From: Octopus vulgaris
Taxonomy: Eukaryota
Direction of reading: 5' to 3'
Assembly (NCBI GenBank): GCA_951406725.2
Contig: OX597823.1
Coordinates: 114,762,001-114,826,000 of the forward strand
Length of the DNA: 64,000 nt
This document shows, in pieces, positions 53,451-64,000 of the stretch (the first letter of the stretch is position 1; every line of letters starts with the position of its first letter). The translations under genes and the position numbers were made by a program. The notes under the pieces are model-generated. The model had not been told where the DNA came from, did no database searches, and saw only the letters and a list, made by a program, of their open reading frames with translations.

Positions 53451-53996
53451 CATTATTATTGTTATCGCTGTTAACGCCAGTTCAACGCCAGTTCAACGCT
53501 GATCGAGATGACCTGAGATCAAAAGTACTGTAGATACGACCTCCCCATTTTTAATATGATACCTAACATTAAAATATCTGAGAGATTTCGCACCATCTCC
53601 TACAACAATACGGTCATTCTGATTTCCTCTTAAAACCAAACATTCTCGTTGAATGATACTCTCTTCTTATTGCCGTTACCTTTGTTGCAGCTGCTTTGGC
53701 TTAACTCTGAGTCACTTTTTAAACCAGGAGACACCAGATCAATAGCTCTGCAGCCAACTACGGCTATAGCAGATATTTTAATACATTCTGTTATACAATT
53801 ACACATACGTCTCAATAATGAGAAGTAAACTCAATTTTTGCATGCTCAAAATATTTGAGTACCGTTGATCATGCGCAGCCCTGTAGTCAGCCAATGTACT
53901 AAAGACGGTACTCCAGCACAGTGGCAGTTCAGTTCAAAAGAGTACACACACATGTAGAAAAACACAAACGCACACACACATGTATGTATATATATG

Positions 53997-54027
<31 letters not shown>

Positions 54028-54118
54028 CTGCATATATACACACACACATATATATATATATATATACAAATATATATATTTATGCACGCACACGCACATA
54101 CACACATGTATATAAATA

Positions 54119-54171
<53 letters not shown>

Positions 54172-54176
54172 GTGTA

Positions 54177-54222
<46 letters not shown>

Positions 54223-54873
54223 TATATGCATATTTGTATATACCTGTGTGCGTGTGCTTGCGTGTGTGTGCATGTGTGTATGTGTGTGTGAGTGTGTGTA
54301 CATGTGCATGTGTGCATGAGTGTGTGTGTGTGCGTGTGTGTGTGTGTGTGTGTACGTGTATGTGTGTTAAAACACCCGTTGAACACATCAAAAGAGCAGC
54401 TCTCTCTTTGATTAATACAGTTTCAAAAGAATGCAGATATATTTTAGATGCTCGCTGGAATGGCAGAATGAGATATTGAACATTGTTAGGACAAGGCTTT
54501 ATCGAGGAGGGTGTTTGAAATAATGAGTGATAAAATGGCGAAAGTGGCGGTTCACGGCAAGCAGAAGAAAGAGAGGCTCGTGAAATATATGGCTATAAAT
54601 GTTCAGAGGATACGTGTGGAATGGGTATTAATTCCGTTAATGAGGCTAATACACACGCACACATATATAGTCACACACTCACAATGACACACATATCCAC
54701 ACACACACACACACACACACAAACACATACTTTTTCACACTTCATCCCTAGCCGCGTTTCTCTCAACTCATTCACTTATTTTATGCTTACGTGTGGGCGT
54801 ATGTGTACATGTGTGTATGCTTGTATGAGTGTTTAAAATGCGTATATTATATATATACACAAGTATATAAAAA

Positions 54874-54927
<54 letters not shown>

Positions 54928-54976
54928 GTCATATTTACATGCATACAGGCAGAGAGAAATATGTATACACACATGC

Positions 54977-55022
<46 letters not shown>

Positions 55023-55187
55023 GCACACATACACTAAAGTCGATATAATATTCGTAACAAGTCATGTTCCATCAACCTGATTTTCACCAAAATGGAAGGC
55101 GGGCGTGTGTATGTATGTGCGTACTTATATATATGTGTGTGTGTATGTATCTATGTGTGTATGTATCTATGTGTGTATGTATGTATA

Positions 55188-55377
55188 TAGGGTGAGTTTA
55201 CGAAAAAAACAAATGACGGAGACAGGTGGTGTGCAAAACAAACAGATGTATTATTATAACGCTCAGGAATAGAAAAGGTCTTTTACGTTTCGAGCCTACG
55301 CTCTTCTACAGAAAGGGACACAGAAAAAAACAAGGAGAGAAAAAAAATGTGTGTAGTGGCTAACAATCTATCATTGC
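55188..55377 (-). mobile_element. Family D repeat (best-preserved copy)
   Basis: Near-identical to 48641-48828; hammerhead-like motif at 55280-55315. Confidence 0.8.
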
Positions 55378-55677
55378 GACTGTATGTATATACAGTGTTT
55401 AAAAGTCATACGCTGCATTATTTTCAAAAGTGTTCAATACATATTCGCAGAACATCCGGTGATATGTAATACTCATAAATATATACTCTTGTAGTTATTG
55501 TAATATGACTTCACACAAGAAGCCAAGAACCCAGTAATCAACACAGGGGCTTTCGGCTAATTTCTATAAAGGACTACGTGAAAACTTCCAAGTTTGTTGG
55601 GTCTGTGTTTCTGTCAACATTAGTGAAATCATACCGCAATGACGATATGTTCGCCCTCACTTATGCTGTCTTCCTAT

Positions 55678-55734
<57 letters not shown>

Positions 55735-55935
55735 CATATATTTAAATTTGAATATGTGTATATATATATATATATATAATAGAAATATTAAAATTACTAA
55801 GTCTCTATAAAAGAGATTACGACAGCGTTTACTGGAAATTAATTGTTATCGCCATATTAATATGGCATTCTTATAGATATAAGAATAATCGCTGCCGCTG
55901 GTCAGCTCCATGAGGCCACCGCCTTAAGATAGCTA

Positions 55936-56423
55936 TTTACTTGGTAGAGTGTGTTAGTTAACTTGACAACAAGGTCAAGGTGAGCTCTGATCGGCTGTAT
56001 GCAAATGAGTTCAGTACTGGGGTCCGGAACTCTCGTGGGAAAAAATTCGAATCCCGTCCAAGGAAGAATATATATGCCCTGGGAAACCGATCCTATGCTG
56101 CTTACAGAGTAATATGGAGTAATATATTAAGATATATATATGCATTTGTAAATGCACCCAAACATTCACACACATTGAGGCACGCCATTATATATATATA
56201 TATATATATATATCTTCCCAATTTATATTCATGTTTTTCTATAATAATTACTGGTATCCTTATATATTAATATATTTTATATCTTATATCATATATGTAA
56301 AGAATAATATGTTATATGTATGTATGTTATTGTAATTATCAGTTTAGTAACTAAATAAATAAGTTAACATAATATAATGTCTAAAAGTTGATGAACCACC
56401 TATTGCTCTCCATTTTCTTATTG

Positions 56424-56462
<39 letters not shown>

Positions 56463-57036
56463 ATGCAGCATTCGTTAACGTTACTCTAGGCACCCGTTCT
56501 TTTCACCTCTTAGCTTTCTTTTCTTTCTTCTCTCATACCCTCTCTCCTATTCTCTGCTTTTTCTCTGCTTTCTTTCCTCTCACTCTTTCGTTCCCCTCTC
56601 CTCTACTTCTTTCTTAGTTTCTCCCCTTTCCCTACTCTCTCTGATTATCTTTCATGCTTCATTCTGTTTCGTTTCTTTACCCTGCTTACGCTTTTTTAGT
56701 TAAGCGTTTTAGACCTTCTTTTTTCCCCTTAAATTTCATCTTGTGTAATAAAGCATTGTGTTTGAAATTAAAATGAAATAATTCTTTTAGAATTTGCTTA
56801 TAAAGCAAAGTTTTTAATTGATGCAAATAAAAATGAATAAATCTGATGGTTAGTCCATATTACTCTGTAAGCAGCATAGGATCGGTTTCCCAGGGCATAT
56901 ATATTCTTCCTTGGACGGGATTCGAAATTTTTCCCACGAGAGTTCCGGACCCCAGTACTGAACTCATTTGCATACAGCCAATCAGAGCTCACCTTGACCT
57001 TGTTGTCAAGTTAACTAACACACTCTACCAAGTAAA
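55936..57036. repeat. Near-perfect 183-bp inverted repeat (55936-56118 and 56854-57036) with a partial third copy at 57685-57750
   Basis: I count only 2 mismatches between the arms; the spacer of about 735 bp is AT/CT-rich low complexity; no TSD seen. Confidence 0.9.
55971..56012 (+). promoter_or_regulatory. Clustered motifs in the inverted-repeat arm: AGGTCA-AGGTGA (DR0-like), CCAAT-type box, octamer ATGCAAAT
   Basis: AAGGTCAAGGTGAGCTCTGAT(C/T)GGCTGTATGCAAATGAG. ATTGG is intact in the second and third copies. Motif match only; function untested. Confidence 0.3.
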
Positions 57037-57789
57037 CTCAAGATGAAGAATAAGTGTTGTAAGTCGACCGATCGCCATGTTATGCCCGATTTTAGGAGAC
57101 AAGTAATTAAATTTGTATCTATAGCTATTATCGGATTTTGTTAGGGCCCCATATGGTAAAGATGAGGATGTGGAAAATGTGGGTAGAGGGTGCTGTGCTA
57201 GCAACCCTCTCCCTTTACTGTTTTACGAGGTAAGCAACAACACAAATAACTACGCAGAGGCAGCCGTGGTTGAAACAAGAACAAGAACAACAAGCATTGT
57301 TAAGGGAAAAGAAGCATGGTCATTCCTTAGCCAAGTGACCTTATCTTATCGCCTAACAGGGTGAAAATGATCAAACTTTAAACCTCTATAACTTTTTAAA
57401 AATCATTTTTCTCGAAAAAATGAAATACCTCCATCAATCCAGTTTGGGTAAGTCTATTATTGTGCCAGCGTCGGAGTAACATCGAAGGATCAACTCCAAG
57501 AAGGAAGAAATATTATTTACATATATTTATTCGTTTGCTTGACAGGTAGTTAGAGACAGTAGTACTTGTAGTGATAGCGAAATGTTTCTTCGATAGTGAC
57601 AAAAAGGTTGCTGTCTGCAAGTAGGAACCGAAAGAGTAAGGAATTCACGGTGCTGACTAGAAAGGAATAAAGGATAAAGGTGGCTCTGCTCTGATTGGTT
57701 GTATGCAAATGAGTTCATTACTGGAGTCCGGAACTCTCGTGGGAAAAGAAATTTCTCGTTGCAAGATTATTCATTTTTATCACACAAGT

Positions 57790-57915
57790 GAACTGGAGCA
57801 ACGTGAAATAAAGTGTATTTTCTTCGAAAGCACAACTCATCGCGCGGTTCAGGAACAGAACACACAATCTTACGATCTTGAGTTTACCACTCTTAACCAC
57901 CGAGCCATCCATCTC
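57790..57915 (-). mobile_element. Family F-related SINE fragment
   Basis: GAACTGGAGCAACGTGAAATAAAGTGT...CTTACGATC...TAACCACCGAGCC. Confidence 0.55.
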
Positions 57916-58699
57916 TACGACAAATCTTGATAGCTTACATTATTTATGAATATGATTAAAATAAGAATAATCCAGATAGTACATATTGTTCATAAATGTG
58001 TTCCCTCTGCCCACTGAGCAGCAACAAGATTTACAATAACTAGATCCAAACTTAATCGAAAATATCATACACGACTCCGCACAATTTCTCTTTAGTCAAA
58101 ATTTGCGGTCAAAATTTGATTTATTTCGATAAAACATTTTCTATAAGACAGGAGGATAAAAAAAAAAAAAACAATGAAATAACTTGCTTGGCTTCATTCC
58201 ATCCAATAGGGGCGTTCAGACAACATTGCAACTACAAAGCATTCAAGCTTTGATTTTTCAAAAATCATCTTCAATTCGATTTGTAAATCAGTGGTGGGTG
58301 GGTGGGTGGGTGGGAGATGGGTATTTTTCTTTTTTTTTTTTGCAAACAATTTTTTACTCTTTCATTTTGCACACAAATGAATATGCTTTATCCAGTAAGA
58401 AGTCATGAGTTTAACCAAAGCGTTAAATTTTATCTCAAACACTTTCTGTATTAATAATTTGTATATATTCACAGTAGATCTTCAAATACATAACTTTTCC
58501 CAAATTCGTGGATGGCTTCTTTTCGACCCAAAATATCCTCTATACAATTCAATTTTATCTACAAAGCTTCAGGAAGCAGTTCGATTTTCAGGCTCAAATT
58601 TTGAGCTTTCTGACAGCAATATTATTAAAGCCAGGCATGAAGACAGCTACTTACTGAGCTTTTTAATGACAATTTGTTGCCGAAGAATTACACCGTAAA

Positions 58700-59041
58700 T
58701 CTCTCTCTATATATAAAGCTGAAGTTGTCTGTGTTATGGCAGGTTTGGTAGCCTTCAACTAACACTGTCTCCTCCGAGACCCTGCGGCGCAAGTTGACCA
58801 AAATTGGGAGTATGTTAATACAAAAAATTATTTACATCAAAATGGTACTTTTTTTTCTATGAAAATCCCTATTTACTTACGATTTTTTGACTGCCGTGTC
58901 GCCATTTTTCGGTGTATTTCAACCAGAAAAAGGTTCACTTAAAGAGAATAACAAGCTACATAATGCAGAAATTTTACTTTCCAAAAATTCCAATTCTAAA
59001 GGGTCGAAACAAACCCGAGCAACGCCGGGCGATACTGCTAG
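58700..59041 (+). mobile_element. Non-autonomous Helitron
   Basis: A|TC start, hairpin CCCGAGCAACGCCGGG (59014-59029), CTAG|T end; homologous to 20699-21071. Confidence 0.85.
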
Positions 59042-59789
59042 TTGTGAATCAACTAAACGCTTACTTGTTCATAAATTAAACCAGATTAGTTGTCGGCCTA
59101 TCATAAATGGTTTTCATAAATGGTTTTCCACGATATCTTATAGCTGAAGGGACAACTTTACCACTTAACCCTCACGGTAATTGAACAACACTTCAAAAAT
59201 TATTTTACCCTTTATTTCCGCTTTCGAGTATTTACTGAAAAAATTTTCTTAAAATATTTTCATTTCTTTAGCGTAATAAGAATGTACACTATTCTTCATT
59301 ACGGTCGACCTTACCCATCGATTTCGTACTAGGTATTAAACTGGATCACAGCATGGGTCAGTAATACTGCGTGCTCGTCATAGCCAGCAAGTATGGAAAG
59401 TATATGTCAACTGTTCTCTGTTACTGGAAGGGAAAAAGCACATCCGGTTTGTGGCTGCTGTTATAAAAGACATGCTCTGAGCAAAGTTTATATTGAGAAT
59501 TATGTCCCTAGGCCCCAAAGTCCTTGAGATGTAAGTCTACAAGAGTTTTCTGAAAATGAATGTATGAGTTAGAGGTTGTTATCCGTGTAGGGTTGGTATG
59601 TGTATAAAGCTATTATATATGAAGGGTTTGGGAGGGGATTCGCCCGAACGCCACTTAAGCTCATGTTAGGACGCATGCGTGTCTATGATGGTGCATATTT
59701 TGATTAGACTCTTTACTGGGTTCTCGGGATGTGGTAGTGAAAGAGCTGATAGTAGATAGTCGGTGATTATAGTCATGTTATGCCGAGGC

Positions 59790-60005
59790 CAGTAGATATG
59801 ATAAAATATATCTTCTTTCATGTGAGCAAGGGTTACAGCTCTCTCTTCTGTAGTTTGGATAAATGTCTGGTAACTGAGAATTTTTTTTTCGTTTTTTGAT
59901 ATGGTTGGTTTCTCGGCTAAACATAGTGTGCACTTTCTAATGTTATTAAAATAACGCTTGCGCTTCTCTAAGATTCTCCAAATTTTACTGTATTCCGTGG
60001 AACTT
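59790..60005 (-). pseudogene. Penelope-like element GIY-YIG endonuclease C-terminal remnant
   Basis: STEYSKIWRILEKRKRYFNNIRKCTLCLAEK resembles the STELSK..W.ILE....C.LCL.EK motif at the end of PLE ORFs. Confidence 0.6.
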
Positions 60006-60405
60006 CTGTTAACGACCATATATACCTGATATATGTGTATGTGTGTGTGTGTTTGTGTGTATGTGCACGCGTGCTTGTGTGTGCGTGTGTGCGTGCGCGT
60101 TTTCCTGTGTTTGTGTATGTGCGTGCATGTTTTTTGTGCATGTGGTTGTGTAATAGCCCCTCAACACGAATAGCACGCTTTATTTTTTAGTGTAGACGGT
60201 TTATTCTAAGCTGTCATTATTTATCACGTGATAAATTTCTTATAACATGGTCCTATGTAAAAAATAAAACTATACCGCTTACGAACATACTCTGTAGCCA
60301 TAGCAACGCTGGCAGCCGGCAATGGAAGCCCTAATGGTTTCAGTTTTTTCTCCTTGTGACATCGCTTACTTTTCCTTTTTATTTAGAATATTTTTCCCAT
60401 TAGCA

Positions 60406-61200
60406 ATGGATAAGAGTGAAAATGAAAGAGGGATTGACGACATTAAAAAAAAAGGAAAGCGATAATCTTTTTCTTTAGAGAAATAACTCGAAATTATTAA
60501 AAGTTATGATAACGGCGCAAGAACGTCAGAGATCGCCTGCTCATTTGAACTGAAGGAAGCAACCGTAGGCACAATTTTTGAAACAAGCTGAATTTATTAG
60601 AAAAAAAAAGAGACTGATGGCCTCATCTTCGACAGCGATGCAATCAACTCAATATCGGGGTCAGATGATTGAAATGAAACGCTTATTACTAATGTCGATT
60701 GAAGGCAGTAATCTGTGTCGCATTTCTTTGAGTGTCTAATTTCTTTATTGCCCACAAGGGGCTGCACACAGAGGGGACAAACAAGGACAAAGGGATTAAG
60801 TCGATTATATCGACCCCAGTGCGTAACTGGTGCTTGTTAAATCGACCCCCCCGAAAGGATGAAAGGCAAAGTCGACCTCGGCGGAATTTGAACTCGGAAC
60901 GTAACGGCAGACGAATTGAATTTAAGCATTTCGCCCGGCGTGCTAACGATACTGCCAGCTCGCCGCCTTAAAGTATCTGCAGTATCAAAACAAAAGCTTT
61001 TAGCTTATTCTCTACTTTGAAGGGAGACAACGAATCAAAGTAGAAAAAATAGTTTTGGTAGTTCTGAGTGGTTCGAATACTTCAAAAAGTGGTTCAACCT
61101 CAAAAATGTAAGATATCCAGGAGAATCTGTCTGCACTGATAAAGGAGTTGTTTGAGCTAAATTAGACGATTTTTTGCTTTATGATTCCTCTTTCGGTGTC
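60406..61200 (+). pseudogene. Tigger/pogo (CENP-B-like) transposase N-terminal remnant, interrupted by a SINE
   Basis: SFSLEK*LEIIKSYDNGARTSEIACSFELKEATVGTIF...MIEMKRLLLMSIE...ISLS, then after the SINE ...WFEYFKKWFNLKNVRYPGESVCTDK. These match the HTH_psq and CENP-B HTH patterns. Confidence 0.75.
60738..60969 (-). mobile_element. Family A SINE (full length)
   Basis: Reverse complement of 3453-3685. Confidence 0.9.
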
Positions 61201-61632
61201 GGCTGGCTGTATTAGTGAACAATCAACGGCGTTGAAGAGCATAAAGATTAAATTTGTCGTTGAGAAAAAGCTAGCTGTGATGGAGGACGGTAAATCATGA
61301 TGATTCTCGCCGCATATCAAAGTGCCGACATCGTGACCGCTATTCAATGGTCTGTAAACACTGTAAAGGCTGTAAGACGCCAAATGGACGCCTGTAACGG
61401 AGGCAACGAAGGGATGGCCACTAAGAAGAGACACATCAGGCGGGACGAGGTCTCATAAGTTATTTACTAAATCCCTTATTTATAAGTTTTCTGACTGAAA
61501 AAAATTTGCACTTCAAACGTTCATAAGTCGAAAGATATTTCACATGTGAAACGTTCTTTGATTAAAAATAATAAAAAAATATTTCATGCGTGAGACGGTT
61601 TTAGAAGAAATATATATATATATATATATATA

Positions 61633-61909
61633 TCACGTGACCGACCAGGCTATCAGATGTTGCTACACATTGCTGGTCACAATGCGCTTCGCATTGTTTT
61701 AGCTTTCGAATGGCTAAGTGAGCAGGCCAATAGAAGAAAGAGTGAGAGAAAGTTGAGGCGAAAGAGTTCAGCAGGCATCGCCACCACCTCCTGTCGGAGC
61801 TTTAGGTGTTTTCGCTCAATAAACACTCACAACACCCGGTCTGGGAATCGAAACCGCGATCCTACGACTGCGAGTCCGCTGCCCTAACCACTGGGCCATT
61901 GCGCCTCCA
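61633..61909 (-). mobile_element. Family B SINE head with an alternative 3' region
   Basis: 61740-61909 matches the family B head; the tail (ATCACGTGACCGACCAGGCTATCAGATG) differs from other B copies. Confidence 0.75.
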
Positions 61910-62846
61910 CATATTTCTATATATATAGAAGTATATATACTTTCAGCAGACTATACAACTTCATATGAAAGATATTTTAGTTTATATGTTCTTTAAGGAA
62001 CGAATGGGGCTTGGCATTTTATCTGTCTATTATAACAATCCTTTACACACACGCATATAAACATACACCGTCAGCCACTAGACCATAAGTGCTATTCACT
62101 GCACTATACAACACCTACAGTGCTAAGCACGCTCTATATACTACCCTAAATAGTATACACTTAATTGAACATATTCTATACACTGTACAACAAACCACAG
62201 CAAACAAACGGGTCAGATTTACATCTCATAATTCCGTATTAAGCAGATCAACCGCTGTTCATTGTAAAGTGAAAACCGGACCTCTGCATCCTTTATACCA
62301 CAATCACGAAACAAACCATTCTTCCATCCCAGCATTCTTTTTGTTTACTTAACACTCCACGCAACCCTCCCTCACACAAAACCGCAACACAATGTAACGA
62401 GATATTCGAAACTGTAGCTAATAAAATCGTAGTTTCCTGAACACCTAACAACATCACCGACGTGTTTCATTGTTTAAGAGCAGCGATATCTAAGGAAATA
62501 TTTTGGTAAAAGTTATGAATTTCTACTAGAAGTTTCTCAAACTAAGAAGTAACATTGTTGATTTGGTTATGTTCTACAACAATCTATGATTTGGTTGTTC
62601 TATAACTTATTCATATTCTTCTCACAGTTTTCAGACTGGAATCATTGACATAACTTAATAATGAAGGTTTGCTTCGATCGACGTATTCCATTTTAAGAAA
62701 CTGTAAATCATTTAATACCTATGCGTGTGTGTGTGTGTGTGTGTGTGTATCTGTGCGCGCGGGTGTGTGAGTGTGAGGTGGGGAGAGTGTTACATCAGCA
62801 TACTTGTATATTCATGCAAATATCTAGAATACGCATGCATATATGC

Positions 62847-62911
<65 letters not shown>

Positions 62912-63276
62912 CACACATATATATATACATATATATGTATATGTTTATAAATATATATATGTGTGTATATGTTTGTATATATATATATATATATATACGT
63001 ATATATATACATGTATGTATACATATGTATATGTCAATATATATATATGTTTATATATATATATCAAATCAAGCATATATATAAAAGCGCTGAATTATGT
63101 ATGTACATATAAAAGTCGCAGTACGTGTTTACGTCTCAGCTTACACGTAATGTTAAGACTTTCTCTTTGATTATCAATATTTATGCGTGTATGAATGTAA
63201 CTACATATATTCTTGCTTGTATGAATGAACAAATAACGTACGATGCCTCTGTTTGTGTGTGTGTGTATGTGCGTGT

Positions 63277-63320
<44 letters not shown>

Positions 63321-63957
63321 CTGTCTTTATAATTTAACTAGTAATGGACTTCTACTTTGTATTTACTCAACACTTTCTCTGTTCGTACTTTCAATAGTTT
63401 ACCACCGATAGGCAAACACTTCTTCTAAACCGGGCCGCCCGCAGGTTATATTCTCATACAATGGCACTGGCCAATATAATGTGTGAAGGACAATGGTCTA
63501 GGCAATGCTTCTTTTCTATTTGTGAAACCATTCTCTAGTGGATACGAACTAGTTCCAATAGAGGATCAATACATAAAAGGCGTGTAAGTCGGTTCTTTCC
63601 ACTTAAATGGTTGGCTTTTGTGAACAGAGAGCTGCTTCACTAACTTCTCTGCCATTCTTCCTTGTCTTCTAACAATCTGAACTATTTCTCCTTATTATTC
63701 CATGTAAAGAATAGAAAACGATTCGAAATCGATCCCCCGCAGTTATCTTTTTGTTTACAAATGAAGATATGTCTTCTTGCCTTCGTAGGAAGACAGATAA
63801 CTATGTCTTCTCGTACGTATGTACGCATATAGACGCATACGCAAAAACACATATAGACACGTATGTATTTATATATATATATATGTATACATATACGTAT
63901 ATACTTACGTATATTGATATATATAGATGAATATATGTATGTATAAACATATGTATA

Positions 63958-63997
<40 letters not shown>

Positions 63998-64000
63998 CAC

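Noticed and set aside
58405-58698. 97-aa plus-strand ORF as a gene
   Set aside because: No homology or clear splice or promoter context; the length is compatible with chance.

Overview
Repeat-saturated, AT-rich eukaryotic genomic DNA, most likely an octopus or other coleoid cephalopod. That call is an inference from my recollection of the tRNA-derived SINE families and the extreme microsatellite load. No intact protein-coding gene, tRNA, rRNA or CRISPR array is supported, and almost all ORFs in the supplied track are microsatellite read-throughs. Recognisable content: many tRNA-derived SINEs of about four families; a full-length but dead Tc1-type transposon with DD36E catalytic spacing (15735-16993); a rosa/DD41D-like deletion derivative; a Tigger/pogo remnant; three non-autonomous Helitrons; a Merlin-like MITE with an 8-bp TSD; an internally deleted Mag-type Gypsy element; 3' ends of Tx1-like and R4/Dong-like LINEs; and a Penelope GIY-YIG remnant. 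The most striking observation is a type I hammerhead ribozyme with a canonical core (minus strand, 43113-43185). It lies in a 404-bp unit with a perfect 95-bp terminal redundancy, inserted in (TA)n, which is retrozyme or Penelope pseudo-LTR-like. A second (TA)n-associated repeat family, present in four copies, carries a minimal hammerhead-like fold with a non-canonical core. Also notable: two long near-perfect inverted duplications, a shared 3' tail between a SINE and a Tx1-like LINE, and a weakly supported chain of three phase-compatible minus-strand exons. All alignments and translations were done by eye, and boundaries of decayed repeats are approximate.
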